A stretch of DNA of 64,000 bases from an uncultured delta proteobacterium (GTDB taxonomy: Bacteria > Desulfobacterota > Binatia > HRBIN30 > BPIQ01). The notes beneath the pieces are model-generated. The model had not been told where the DNA came from. It made no database searches and saw only the letters and a program-made list of their open reading frames with translations. The stretch spans positions 128,001 through 192,000 of the forward strand of contig CAVXGR010000021.1 in the NCBI GenBank assembly GCA_963761335.1, given 5' to 3'. A program made the position numbers and the translations under genes. Positions within the stretch are counted from its first letter, which is position 1; every line of letters starts with the position of its first letter. Below, in pieces: positions 8,775 to 20,856 of this stretch.

Positions 8775-9782
8775 CTAGTAGTCGGCGCCACCGTCGCCAC
8801 CCTCTCCCACTACCTCAGCCCGGGTGTCGAATGTGCCGTCCCGATTCGGGCCTGACGACGCGCTCAAGCCGCCGTTGTCCAGCACCTGTTTCCAGCGCAG
8901 CGGTGACAGCTGTTGCGCGAGGTAGCCGGTCGGAAAGGCGGGGATCGATCCAATCCCGACCGAACCCGCAAAGGAAGCGTTGGGCCGAAAGAAGCTCTGG
9001 AAGACATGATCCCAGACGTTGAGCACCGCACCGTAATTGTGGTTGCCCTCGCGCGAGTTGGCCGAATGATGCCAGCGGTGCACGCTCGGCGAACTCCACA
9101 ACCAGTCGATCCAGCGCGGCGTCCGCATGTCGATGTTGCAGTGCTGTACCTGCCCATACACGGCGCGGAAGACGAAGTACGGCCCGAGCACCTCACGCCC
9201 GGCACCCATCAGCGCCAGCGGTATCGACTCGCAGCTGATGATCAGGAACAGATCGAGCACCTGAAAACGGGTTGCGTTGAGCCAGTACAGTCGAGTCGCC
9301 CCGTGGTGGGTGGCGTGCAGGCGCCACACCCAAGGGTTCTCGTGCGCCAGACGGTGAAAGACGTAGTGCCCGAGCTCGCCCAGAACCAGGGCGAAGGCGA
9401 GTTGCGCGAGCATGGGAGCCTGAGTCGGCCACAGCGGTCCTCCGGCTGCTCTGGCGACCCCGGCTGACAGCAGCGTCAGCGGGCCAACGATGAACGCGCG
9501 CGCCAAGCCTTGTGCGGTCGGCCCTGTCAGGCCCAGGTGCAGTGCGTCGGTGAAGATATCGCCGTGCGAGCGGTTCCATTCGGGACGATACGGAAGCAGC
9601 CGCTCGAGAATCGCGAGCAGCGGGTAGGCGATCGCGATGGCCGAGATCACGGCCACACCCGCGTACACATCTCCCGCCTGCCCAAACGAGTCCGTCGCGT
9701 AGATCCCGGGAGAGATCAGCGCGTATGCGGTGATCCCCGCAACGACGAGCGGAAACAGCAAGTACGACGCGACGCAACGCAC
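8775..9782 (-). CDS. Sterol desaturase / fatty acid hydroxylase superfamily membrane protein
   Basis: His boxes HRLAH, HATHH, HRWHH and NYG...WD; start uncertain. Confidence 0.88.
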   Translation of the reverse strand: MRCVASYLLFPLVVAGITAYALISPGIYATDSFGQAGDVYAGVAVISAIAIAYPLLAILERLLPYRPEWNRSHGDIFTDALHLGLTGPTAQGLARAFIVGPLTLLSAGVARAAGGPLWPTQAPMLAQLAFALVLGELGHYVFHRLAHENPWVWRLHATHHGATRLYWLNATRFQVLDLFLIISCESIPLALMGAGREVLGPYFVFRAVYGQVQHCNIDMRTPRWIDWLWSSPSVHRWHHSANSREGNHNYGAVLNVWDHVFQSFFRPNASFAGSVGIGSIPAFPTGYLAQQLSPLRWKQVLDNGGLSASSGPNRDGTFDTRAEVVGEGGDGGADY

Positions 9783-9966
9783 TGCCTCCCCGTACCATGC
9801 CCACCTCACGGCCGCCAACTCACGGCTCGTTCCGATCCGTCGTGGCAACCGATATGAGCGCCGCTCAGAGAGATCTCCGCGATCGCTGATCGGGTCGAAT
9901 CGATTGTCCCGGGGCGAGGGGTGGGCTATGGCATTCGCAAGCCACACGCCGGACCGACGCGCCTAC

Positions 9967-11952
9967 ATGGCCGAAGAACCCCAGTCTCGCAGACTCACCA
10001 CGATCGTCGCCCTGGACGTTGCCGGCTACTCGGCGCGGACGGAAGCCGAAGAGGCCGGGAGCACCGCCGCGGTCGCGGCACTGCGGGGTGTGATCGAAGG
10101 CATCGCGGCGCCGCGCGGCGGGCGGATCTTCAACACCGCGGGCGATGGCTTCATGCTGGAGTTCGGTTCGAGCCTGGCCGCCGTCGAAGCCGCGTTCGCG
10201 CTCGCGGAACGATGCAATCCGAAGGTGCGGGTCGGCGTGCATCTGGGGGACGTCGTCGTGCAGCCGAACGGCGATCTCCTCGGCCACGGCGTCAACGTTG
10301 CGGCGCGACTGATGGCTCGCAGCGATCCGGGCTCGGTTTTGGTGTCGGCCGACGTGCGCCGCACGATCCGAGGTCCGTTGGCCGTGGGTCGCGGGCGCGG
10401 GGCTTCCGCAGCTCGACAAGATGGCGGAGGAGATCGAGGCATTCGCGCTGGATGCCGCCGGGTCCGCAGTCGCCGCGGCGCCGTCCAAGAGCCGCGAGGC
10501 CCTTCTCGCCGTGCGCCCCCCGACAACTTGTCGGATGATCGGGAAATGCAGTTCTTCTCGGACGGGGTATCGGAGGAGATCATCCAACGTCTGTCCCGCG
10601 GCGCCAGAATGAAGGTCATCGGGCGCACGTCGAGCTTTCAGTTTCGCGGCGCGGACAAGACGGCGCGCAAGGTTGCGAGTGAGCTCCAGTGCACCCACAT
10701 CCTGGACGGCTCCATCCGCCGTGCCGGCGGGCGGGCGCGCATCTCGGCGCATCTGGCGGAGGCGGCGGCGCAGAGGACGTGTGGTCGGACAGCATCATCC
10801 GCGGCCTCGAAGAACATGTTCGCCGTGCAGGACGAGATCGCCGAGCACATCGCGGCCGCCCTCGACCAGACCTTCACCAGCTTCTCGACAAAGGCGATCG
10901 ATCCGTCGGTCTACGATCTCTATCTGCGCGCCAGCCCCAAGCTCTTACGCACCGGACGAGCTGCGGACCAGCGTCAGCCTGCTGGAGGGCGCCACGCAAC
11001 GCGCCTCGCATTTCGCGGAGGCTTTGGGTCGGTTGGCAGAGGGTACGGGCCTGGCGGCGCCTCTATCAGCCCTTCCTCGACCGCGCCGCAAGCGCCGGCG
11101 CTGTGACGCGCGAGGTGGAACAGGCTCGGCACTCGATCCGCAGAACGTCGACGCCATGCTGGCGCAGCTTCTTCAGGCCCTCCTTTCGGACGGTTCATCG
11201 ATGACGTCTTCGATCGTCGAACGAGACGTCGCGCCGCCGGTCTCGGTGGGGGACAAGATCGTCGGATGGTACTTGCGGACATCGGCAAGCTCCACGAGAG
11301 CCTGGAGGAAACCGAACGCGCCTATCGGCCGGACGTACTGAACCGATGTCGGCGAATCTGCTCGGACTGGCGCGCATGGCCGCCGGCCGCGTTAAGGCCG
11401 TGCCCGATCAAGATCTGGTGGCGCGAGTGCCCAAATGAGCTTCCCGGTTGCGAACCTGCTGCGGGCCAAGGCTTCCTCGGGGACTGGGCGGCGGTCGACC
11501 CCTTGTTGGACCCCGCGGCGAAATTTCCGTGGCGCGAGTTCCAGGACGATGGCGTTCATCCGGGCCAAGCGCACCCCACGCCGGAGAATATCCGCGGCAT
11601 CCAGAGCCGCTCGGCCGCGTCCCGAGCAGACCGCCTCGGTCGACGCTCGCGCCTCGTGTATGCGGCCCATCTGGGCCTCGTCGACGAAGCGTACCGGACA
11701 CCGAGGTCGTCGTCTCGGCCGACGCCGACCATAGATGACATCATGGGCTCGGACGCTACCGCACGGCGCTGTTGTTCCATGCCGGGATGCCAGAGCTGCG
11801 CAACGTTTTTCGTTCGGCCCCTGTGTGCACGTGGGGCTGGTCGAGATCTGGTTGTCCAGGGGCAGGTGGCCGATGGCTTCGATGAAGTCCCAACGACTCA
11901 GGGCCGAGTGCTACATGGCACGTCACATCCCATAGAGGAGTTCGGGTTCTGA
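9967..11952 (+). pseudogene. Class III adenylate/guanylate cyclase + TolB-like + TPR protein, frameshifted as sequenced
   Basis: LDVAGYS, AGDG, GHGVNVAARL, FSDGVSEEII, VIGRTSSF; the rest is scattered over several frames. Confidence 0.8.
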
Positions 11953-12023
11953 ACGCTCAGTCTCGAAGACGGCGGAGACTGCTCCGATCCAATGAGTCGC
12001 GTCCGGCACACAAGAGCAACGTC

Positions 12024-12560
12024 ATGAGCAACGTCATTTCGCTGCGTTTCGAGTCCACGCTACATGCCTCTGCCGAGAAGGTTTGGGAATGGATCACTTC
12101 GATCAGGGGCATCCGTGCCGAGATGTGGCCGTTCTTCTTCATGACCGCGCCAAGAGGCGTTCGCTCATTGAGCGACGTCCAGATAACGCCGGGCAAGCGC
12201 ATGTTTCGCAGCTACGTCTTCCTGTTCGGCATGCTGCCCGTTGACTACTCGGACATGACCTTGCTGGAGCTCAATATCGGGCAGGGGCTCATGGAGCAGT
12301 CCCCGATGGGTTCCATGAACCTGTGGCGTCACGAAAGGCAAGTTTTCCGTGCCCATCTGATCCAAGCGCGGTGGTGCTGGTCGACCAACTCACCTTTCAG
12401 CCCCGCATGGCCCGGCGCCTCGTCGGCTCGTTCATTCCCCGCGTCTTCATCCATCGGCACAAGGTTCTCAGGGCCGAGCTGGCGGTACCCAGCAGGTGCG
12501 CGCGGAGGCGAGGCAGCGTATCGATGCGTGATTTGGCAAGCCGGCGAAGTCGTTCTATAA
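12024..12560 (+). CDS. SRPBCC-like hypothetical protein (C-terminal frameshift)
   Basis: ASAEKVWEWITS...WRHER; continues as DQLTFQPR...FIHRHKVL in another frame. Confidence 0.6.
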   Translation: MSNVISLRFESTLHASAEKVWEWITSIRGIRAEMWPFFFMTAPRGVRSLSDVQITPGKRMFRSYVFLFGMLPVDYSDMTLLELNIGQGLMEQSPMGSMNLWRHERQVFRAHLIQARWCWSTNSPFSPAWPGASSARSFPASSSIGTRFSGPSWRYPAGARGGEAAYRCVIWQAGEVVL

Positions 12561-12621
12561 GCGGCGCAGCGCGATTGCGACGGCGAGAGCGATGGACGCT
12601 CTCGACAAAAGGAGGATGGAC

Positions 12622-15600
12622 ATGCCTAGTGGAATGGTTGCCGGCTTGAGCAAGAGCGAGCGCATCAAGGTTGCCAAGCAGATGGATCGTCTGTGTGCGC
12701 GGACTCGAGAAGAACACCAAGTTCGTCGAGAAGATGGCGAAGCAGATGGAAGCGCTCACGCGGGCGCTCACGGGTAGCAGCTCGCGGCGGCGTCTCGCAC
12801 CTCGGGATTGCTTCGACAGACCGCCTTACGCGCGTGCCCGGACCGCGCGCCACGATGGCCAACCCACCAGCCGCTCCCTCGGCGCCTCTGCCAACAGCGG
12901 CGCAGACGACCGGTGCCGCAACCGCTTCGTAGGACGCAATCCGTGAGCGCGCCGAGCTGCGTGCCGCCTTGGAGGACACGCTCAGCGGATGCGGGCGGCT
13001 CATCCTGCTCGCCGGTGAGCCCGGCATCGGCAAAACGCGCCTCGCCGACGAGCTGAGCACGGAAGCCACCGCCCACGGCGCCCGTGTCGCGTGGGGGCGG
13101 TGCTGGGAAGGTGGCGGCGCACCGGCCGGGTGGCCGTGGATTCAAATTCTGCGGTCGTTGATCTCCGCGCTCCATCCGACGAGCGCTGCGGCTCAGGGCG
13201 CATCGTTGATCCAGCTTCTGCCTGAGCTTCATCCCGCAGCGATCCGCCGGTGGGTCCCCGGCATGGCTGCGCTCTCGGATCGCTGCCGCAGAGCGAGCGC
13301 TTTCGGCTGTTCGATGCAGTGGCAACCCGCTGCTGCGCCGCGCTGCACGGACGGCGCCGCTGGTCATCGTCTTTGATGACGGTCACCTCGCGGACCCGAC
13401 TTCCCTCCTCCTGCTGCGCTTTGTCGCACGCGACCTCCGCGACTTGCCGGTGATGATGATCGTCACCTATCGCGACATCGAGGCGCGACTCCCGTGCGCA
13501 TCTGAATGAACTGATCACCGATCTCGGCCGCGAAGGCACCACGCTCGTCCTGCAAGGTCTGGACGAGGCGGCCGTGCGCCAGTTGGTAACCACCAGCGCC
13601 GGGTATCCCCCGGAGCGGGCGACGCTGGAAACGTTACATCGCGTCACTGAAGGCAATCCGTTCTTCCTGACCGAGGTGGTCCGTTTGCTCATCGCGCAGG
13701 GGCAGCTGTCACAGATTAGTCGTGGCGGCCTCACCGCGTTCAGCATCCCCTACAGCGTACGCGGTGCCATTTGCCGCTGCGTCGCCTTGGTGTCTGCGGA
13801 AACCCGACAGGTGTTGATCGTTGCCGCAGTGATCGGCCGTGACTTCGATCTAGCGGCGATGTGAATCGTCGGGGTGCTTGTCCGTTGAGCAGCTGACGGT
13901 GGCGCTCGATGAAGCGGGAACCTGCGGCATCATTGCCCTGCTCAGCGACGGCATCGGACGCTATCGCTTCACGCACGCCCTCATCCGAGAGACGCTGTAC
14001 GATGATCTACCGAAAGCGGAGCGACGCGCGCTGCATCTGCGTATTGCAGACATCACCGAAACCGTGCATGCCGCGGACTTCGAGCTCCACCTCAGTGAGC
14101 TGGCGTATCACTACTGGCAGGCGCTACCCGTCGGACCGATCGAGAAGGCTTTCATGTACGCGCGCCGCGGCGCCGAACACGTCTAACGCCTTGCTCGCCT
14201 ATCAGGAAGCCGGGCGGCTGTGCGAGATGGCGATCGAAGCGCTGGAGCTGCAGCAACCGATCCATGAGGCGCGCCGCTGCGATACGCTGCTGCGGCTTGG
14301 CGAAGCGATGTACGGCGCCGGTCTGTTCAATCGCAGACGCGGGGCATTTCAGCTGGCCGCCGGACTCAGCACGATGAGCCGGCAACGCCGCCTCGTTGGC
14401 GCGTGCCGCCCTGGGGCTTCGGAATGCCGCCGCTGTCGCCGTATCACTTCGATGCGGAGTCGGTGGTGCGGCTGCTCGAAGAAGCGCTGGGAGCCCTGCC
14501 GGACCTCGATAGCCCCATGCGCGCGATGCTGCTGGCGCGCCTCGCAGCGGAGCTCTACTGGTCGCCGTCGAGGCGGCGCGGTGCTGAGCTCAGCTCGGCA
14601 GGCGGTGCAGATGGCGCGGCGCATCGGCGATCGGCCGACACTCATCTATGTCCTTTACACACATCACCTCGCTACTTGGAGCGTCGACAATTTGGATGAG
14701 CGGCTGCAGGTCGCCACGGAGATCGTGGAGCTTGCCGACGATCCATCCGACCGCCGCTGGGCCACCAGTGTATGGGGGCTGCCTTGAGCCACTTATCTTC
14801 GCTTCGGAACAATCTGCTCGAGAGCGGCGACATCGGCACGGTCGATGACAAGTTCGAGCGACAGACGACACTGGCCACCGAGCTCCGGCAGCAGCTCGGG
14901 TATGAAGAGTTGGCGCGCGCGACACGGGCACTGATAGATGGCCGTCTCGACGAGGCCGAGCGGATGGCAAGCCAGGCGTTGGCGGTGGCGCAGCGCTTGG
15001 AACGGCGCGCGCGGCCCTTTCGGCAGGCGGTCAACTCGCTCCTGCTGATTCTGCGGCACGAGCAGGGCCGACTTGCGGAGCTGGCGCCCATCTTTGGCGC
15101 GGGGCGTGCGCGTCAGCAGTCGATGCTGGCGCGCTGCTCATTGGCCTTTTGTCTTGCCGAGCTCGGGCAGCGCGCCGAAGCTGCCGCGGAGTTCGAACCG
15201 CTCGCCGCGGCCGATTTCACGGGTCTGCCCCGCGATGGTGGCTGGATGGCGGCGATGGTGCTCCTGACAGAGGTGTGCTGGTACTTGGAGGACCGGACGC
15301 GTGCCGCCGTTCTCTATCGCATGCTGTCTCCGTATGCGGCGCGCAACGCCGCGCTCGACGTTCATGTGTGCTACGGCTCGGTGGCGCAGTATCTCGGCAT
15401 GCTCGCGGCGCTGGCGGGAGATTACCAAGGCGCGCTGGAGCACTATGACGCGGCGCTGCAGTTCAACTTGCGAATGGGTGCGAGTCTGTGGGTGGCGCAT
15501 ACGCGTTACCGGTACGCGGCGACGCTGCTGGCGCGCAATGCCGCGGGTGATCGCGACAAAGCTGAGAGTCTTGCCGTGGCGGCGCTGATCGCGGCGGAGT

Positions 15601-16196
15601 CGTTGGGAATGAGGACTCTGGCCATCAGGGTTCGCGCGCTCGAAGGGCTCGACTTGAGCACTGTCGCCGGACCCGGCAGCACAATCACGATCCTGTTCAC
15701 CGACATTCAGGATTCAACCGGCATGACCGAACGGTTGGGTGATCGGCGCGTGCAGGAAATCCTCCACACCCACAACGCGATCGTCCGGCAACAGGTGGCG
15801 GCTCACAAAGGGTTTGAGGTGAAGTCGATGGGTGACGGCTTCATGATCGCCTTCCCGAGCCCCGGCAATGCGGTGCGCTGTGCCGTCGCCGTGCAATGCG
15901 CGCTGGCGGCGTACAACCAGCAGGCAGGTTCTGCATCCATTCGGGTGGCGATGGGTCTGCACAGCGGTGAAGCCATCAGAGAAGCCGGCGACTTCTACGG
16001 CAAGACGGTCATTCTCGCCGCACGCATCGGCGCCCAAGCCGAGGGCGGTGAGATCCTCGTGTCCTCGGTTCTCAAGGAATCAATCGAGGGTGCTGCCGAC
16101 GTGCGGTTCGATTCGGGCCGCGATGTGCAGCTCAAGGGACTCGCGGGCAGCTATCGCCTGCATAGGGTGTTGTGGCAGCAAGGCGCGTCACACTAG
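12622..16196 (+). pseudogene. STAND-like AAA ATPase + TPR + C-terminal class III nucleotide cyclase, frameshifted as sequenced
   Basis: Walker A GEPGIGKT, TEGNPFF, FTHALIRETLY, cyclase motifs FTDIQDST and KSMGDG; several frame breaks. Confidence 0.82.
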
Positions 16197-16255
16197 TGCG
16201 ACCTCCGCGTTCGACAGAGGCGTTTGATGGGGCGTTGACCACGTCCAAGCGGAGC

Positions 16256-17301
16256 ATGGGCTCGCATAGCCCGCATAGAAGAGCGACGGCGTTCGTTTCG
16301 CGAATTGCCCTGATCGTCTTCGGGTGCTGCATGGCGCTGCTGATGGCAGAGGTCGCCGTGCGTCTCTTCTTTCCCTTCGCGCGCGCCTTTGTCGTCCCCT
16401 ACGGGATCATCGAGATCGATGACCAGCTCGGCTGGAAGCTGCACGCCGGGCAGACGGGGCGGCATCTCTCGCCCGACTTCGACGTCGCCTACAGCATCAA
16501 CCAGCTCGGCTTCCGAGACCCGCCGCGCCAGCTGCAGAAGAGCCAGGGCGTCTATCGAGCTGTACTTTACGGGGACTGGTTCGTGTTCGGATGGGGTGTC
16601 GCCGAAGAAGAGGCGGTTCTCCAGCCTCCTCGAGCACCGCATCCCAAACGTCGAAATATGGAACCTCGGCGTTCCCGGCTACGGTCTGGATCAGGAGCTC
16701 GTCCTCTACGAAAGAGATGCCCGGTCGTTCAACGCCGACGAGGTCGTCTTCTACGTGTCGGACGTCATTCTCAGCCGCGACCGACGAAGCTACATCTACA
16801 GAAAGACCAAGCCGAGGTTCGCGATCGACCCGGGTGGGGAACCTGATGCTGATCCCGCCGCCGCTGCCGCGGCTGACGAGCGCGCTCTACACCGGCCTCG
16901 GGTGGTTGCATCTGCCGTGCTTCGTCGATCAGTGGCTCAGCTCAGGGTGGCTCGGAACGAGCCACCACCCTTTGGCACGTTTTGCCCACGGCGCCTCGGC
17001 GCCCGCGCTGGACGAGGTGAGCCGGAAGATCCTCGAAACCGGAAGCGCGATGGCGCGGGAGAGGGGTGCCAGATTCACCGTCCTGTCCCACCTGGACGGC
17101 GCGGCGGCAGAAGAGCTGCGGCAGCTCTGCCGCCGGCACCAGATCGACCTCATCCAGCTCCACCTCGAAAATGAGCGCCGAGATCTGATCCTGAGCGAAC
17201 ACGATGGCCACTGGTCGGCGCGCGGGAACGCCGCGGTGGCCTCACAGGTTCTTGTCCACTTCGAAAGCGCCAGGCGTGGCCTCGCCGGCCGGGGCGGATG
17301 A
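16256..17301 (+). pseudogene. Membrane-anchored SGNH/GDSL-like protein, frameshifted as sequenced
   Basis: EVAVRL, INQLGFRD, GDWFVFG (GDS-like), NLGVPGYGLDQE, DGHW in three frames. Confidence 0.75.
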
Positions 17302-17915
17302 ATCGCAGCGGAGGGACGATGTCGATGGGCGACGCGATCCGCCGCTGGCTTGGCCGGCTTCGGGCTGTGGGCTGGGGCGCAATTGCGTTTGCCCTGCTCG
17401 GCCTGCTCTTCCTCGGGCTCGGGCTCTCGGATCTGATGAAGTTGGTCGAGGCGCGCCGCTGGCCCACGGCTCCGGGACACATCGTCCGCTCCGAGATCCG
17501 CACGACGCGCGACCCGGGCGGCGAGCCGATCTACTTTCTCTCGGTCGCCTACCAGTACAGCTACGCCGGGCGACTCTACACCGGCACCCGCGTCAGCTTC
17601 GGCGACTCCTTCGACGAGGCCACCCGGAACGACACCGCGCACGCGCGCGCCAGCTGGCTGACGCGGACGTTCACCGGCGGCCAGCCGGTGTACGGTGACG
17701 CCGACCGCGGCGTGGTCGAGTACCACGCCCGCGGCTTTCCGCTCGGCAAGCAGGTCGTCGTGCACGTTGACCCTTCCGAGCCGGCGCGCGCCGTGATCGA
17801 CGTCGAGCCGACCTGGTACAACACCCGCTTCCTGTTCCGCGCCTGCGTGATGTTCGCCATCGCCGCGGTCCTGGCCGTCCTGCGCTGGGTGCGGACCGCG
17901 CTGCGCCCGCGGTGA
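17298..17915 (+). CDS. DUF3592-like membrane protein
   Basis: TM helix, WPTAPGHIV, VAYQYSYAG, VVVHVDPSEP, C-terminal TM helix. Confidence 0.75.
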   Translation: MNRSGGTMSMGDAIRRWLGRLRAVGWGAIAFALLGLLFLGLGLSDLMKLVEARRWPTAPGHIVRSEIRTTRDPGGEPIYFLSVAYQYSYAGRLYTGTRVSFGDSFDEATRNDTAHARASWLTRTFTGGQPVYGDADRGVVEYHARGFPLGKQVVVHVDPSEPARAVIDVEPTWYNTRFLFRACVMFAIAAVLAVLRWVRTALRPR

Positions 17916-18104
17916 GCGGCGCGTTTCGATGCGCAGTGGCAGGGTTCAATTGAGGTCGTTGCGCACTCCGGCAGCGGCCGTTGCGGATCGCTTGCGGCGC
18001 GGCTTGCCTTCCGTGTAGTGAAGCACCGTCTTCAGGCGCCGCCGCAGCGCCAGGCGGTCGGTTTCGAGAGGGTGGATATCGTCCAGGGTATTCGGGGAGG
18101 CACG

Positions 18105-19142
18105 ATGGAACGCGCGAGCAAGAACGTTCGACTCGGACTGACGCTGCCGCTTGGCGGCGCACAGGACGCCGTCGCGCAAGCCCAGGCGGCGCGCGCCTGC
18201 GGCTACCAGGAGCTGTGGCTGGCCGAGGTGGGTGGGGGTGACGTCTACGCCCTGGCCGGCGCCCTGGCGGTCGGCGTGCCGGGAATGCGCATCGGCACTG
18301 CGGTGGTGCCGGCGCAGACGCGGACGCCGATGGTGCATGCCATGGCGGCGTTGACGCTGAGCCAGCTCTCCGCCGGCAACTTCATTCTCGGCATCGGCCT
18401 GTCGTCGCCCAACATCGTGCGCGACTGGGGCGGCCAGCCCTACGATCGGCCGCTGACGCGGCTGCGCGAGCACGTCGAGGTGCTGCGCAAGATGCTCGCC
18501 GGCGCGCGCGTCGACTACGAGGGCAAGACGCTGAAGGCGAAGCGCTTCCGCCTGGGCGGGGCCCCGGTCGGCGAGGTTCCCATCTATCTCGGCGCCCTCA
18601 ACGAGCAGTCGCTGCGCCTGACCGGGGCGCTGTGCGACGGCGTCGTCCTGAACATGGTTCCCGAGCGCGCCCTGCCGCAGATCCTCGGCGCGGTGCGGGC
18701 CGGCGCCGAGGCGGCCGGGCGCGACCCCGGGCACCTCGAGGTCGTTTCGCGGCTGCACGTGGTGTTGACGGACGACGCCGCCATGGGCCGCGAGCTGGTG
18801 CGCAACGTCTTCGGCGCCTATGCTGCGACGCCGGGATACAACCGCTGCTTCGAGTGGATCGGCTTCGCCGACGAGGCGCGCCGGATCCGCGAGTGCTTCG
18901 CGCGCGGCGACCGCGCCGGCGTGGCGGCCGCGGTGACCGACGAGCTGTGCGAGTCGATGGCAGTGATCGGCAACGCCGACACCGTGCGCGCCCGGGTGCG
19001 CGCCTATGCCGAGCAGGGCGTCGACGTGTGCGTCGTCAATCCCATCGCCGATCCGAGCTCCGCGAAGCGAGTGATCGAGACGGTCGCCGGCTCGCTCGAC
19101 GGCCTCGATCTGCGCCAGAGCGGCGTGCTCCGGGCCACGTAG
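18105..19142 (+). CDS. LLM-class (probably F420-dependent) oxidoreductase
   Basis: GYQELWLAE, RIGTAVVP, FILGIGLSS, PIYLGAL; GGAGG RBS. Confidence 0.9.
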   Translation: MERASKNVRLGLTLPLGGAQDAVAQAQAARACGYQELWLAEVGGGDVYALAGALAVGVPGMRIGTAVVPAQTRTPMVHAMAALTLSQLSAGNFILGIGLSSPNIVRDWGGQPYDRPLTRLREHVEVLRKMLAGARVDYEGKTLKAKRFRLGGAPVGEVPIYLGALNEQSLRLTGALCDGVVLNMVPERALPQILGAVRAGAEAAGRDPGHLEVVSRLHVVLTDDAAMGRELVRNVFGAYAATPGYNRCFEWIGFADEARRIRECFARGDRAGVAAAVTDELCESMAVIGNADTVRARVRAYAEQGVDVCVVNPIADPSSAKRVIETVAGSLDGLDLRQSGVLRAT

Positions 19143-19212
19143 CTCGCTGCGGGGCGTCAGAGCACGGCACGAGCTTCGACGCGAGGGGCAAGGAAAGAAG
19201 GGATCTGAGCAT

Positions 19213-20835
19213 ATGATCTCGCGACGCGAATTCGTGAAGCTGGGTGCCGCCACCGCGACCGGCCTCTTTCTGCCCTGGGGTTGCGCCGACGACGACCGCG
19301 GCTTGGGCTCGACGACGGCGCTGGAGAAGTACGTCGATCCGCTGCCGAAGCCGCCCGTGCTGCAACCCGCCGGCGTGCTCGACGGCGGCACTTTCTACCA
19401 GGTGAGCATCTCTCAGTTCGCGCAGAAGCTGCACCGCGATCTGCCGCCGACGCCGGTCTGGGGATACGACGGCATCTATCCCGGCCCGACGATCGAGGTG
19501 CGGCTGGACGAGCTCGTGCGGATCGAGTGGGTCAACGCGCTACCCACCGCGCACCTGCTGACCGTGGACCCGACGATTCACTGCGGCGACACGGCACCCC
19601 AGTGTCTGCCCGCGGTGCGCACCACGACCCACGTCCACGGAGGCAACCAGCCGGCCGACAGCGATGGGTATCCCGAAGACTGGTGGCTGCCGGGGGAGTC
19701 GAAGATCTACACCTATCCGAACCACCAGCTGCCGACCACGCTCTGGTACCACGACCACACCCTCGGCATCACCCGTCTGAACGTCTACGCCGGTCTCGCA
19801 GGCTTCAAGATCGTTCGCGACGATGCCGAGGAGGCGCTGAATCTGCCGGCCGGCGAGTTCGAGATCCCGCTTCTGATCCAGGACCGCTCCTTCAACTCCG
19901 ACGGCTCTCTCTTCTATCCCAGCGTCGGCGACGTCCCCAGCGTCCATCCCAACTGGCAGCCGGAGTACTTCGCCGACACGGCGGTGGTGAACGGCGTGGT
20001 GTGGCCCTATCTGGAGGTGGAGCCGCGCAAGTACCGCTTCCGCATCCTGAACGGCTGCAACGCCCGCTTTCTCATCCTGCGGCTCGACTCCGGTCCCTCC
20101 TTCTCACAGATCGGCAGTGATGGCGGCTTGTTGAACACCCCGGTGAATGTGTCCCCGCTCACCCTGGCGCCGGCGGAACGCGCCGACGTCGTCGTCGACT
20201 TCAGCGCCTTTGCCGGCCGCAGCATCATCATGTCCAACAGCGCTCCGGCTCCGTATCCGGACGGCGGCGAGGTCGAGCTGCCCGAGATCATGCAGCTCCG
20301 CGTCAGGACCGGTCCGGTGTCGGATGACAGCGTCCTGCCAGTGGTGCTGACCGACACCGCGGCGCGTATTCCCGAGAGCCAGGCGATACGCTCGAACGAC
20401 TTCACCCTGGAGGAAAGCCTCGATCCGGCGGACGACTCGGTGCAGCTGCTCCTCGACGGCAAGCGCTGGACGGCGCCGCTCGAGGACAAGGAGATGCCGC
20501 GTCTCGGCACCACCGAGGTCTGGCGCTTCATCAATCGCACCGGGGACACGCACCCGATGCACATCCATTTGATCGACTTCCAGATCCTCGATCGCCAGCC
20601 GTACGACGAAGACGCTTACGATGCGACCGGCGAGCTGGTGTTCACCGGGCCGGCCGAAGCGCCCGATGCGAACGAGATGGGCTGGAAGGACACCGTCCGC
20701 TGCCCGCCGGGGTACGTGACGCGGATCATCGTCACCTGGGCCGGCTTCGCCGGCCGCTTCGTCTGGCATTGCCACATCCTCGAGCACGAGGACAACGAGA
20801 TGATGCGGCCGCTGGAGGTGCTCCCGGCAATTTGA
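19213..20835 (+). CDS. Tat-exported multicopper oxidase (CotA/bilirubin-oxidase-like), probable lipoprotein
   Basis: SRREFVK Tat motif, LPWGC lipobox-like, copper motifs HVHG, WYHDH, HPMHIH, HCHILEHEDNEM. Confidence 0.95.
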   Translation: MISRREFVKLGAATATGLFLPWGCADDDRGLGSTTALEKYVDPLPKPPVLQPAGVLDGGTFYQVSISQFAQKLHRDLPPTPVWGYDGIYPGPTIEVRLDELVRIEWVNALPTAHLLTVDPTIHCGDTAPQCLPAVRTTTHVHGGNQPADSDGYPEDWWLPGESKIYTYPNHQLPTTLWYHDHTLGITRLNVYAGLAGFKIVRDDAEEALNLPAGEFEIPLLIQDRSFNSDGSLFYPSVGDVPSVHPNWQPEYFADTAVVNGVVWPYLEVEPRKYRFRILNGCNARFLILRLDSGPSFSQIGSDGGLLNTPVNVSPLTLAPAERADVVVDFSAFAGRSIIMSNSAPAPYPDGGEVELPEIMQLRVRTGPVSDDSVLPVVLTDTAARIPESQAIRSNDFTLEESLDPADDSVQLLLDGKRWTAPLEDKEMPRLGTTEVWRFINRTGDTHPMHIHLIDFQILDRQPYDEDAYDATGELVFTGPAEAPDANEMGWKDTVRCPPGYVTRIIVTWAGFAGRFVWHCHILEHEDNEMMRPLEVLPAI

Positions 20836-20856
20836 GGGGACGGCCGCGACGAGCGT

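Noticed and set aside
16570..16590. Catalytically altered SGNH (GDW)
   Set aside because: One base from GDS (tgg vs tcg) in an error-rich region, so probably a sequence error
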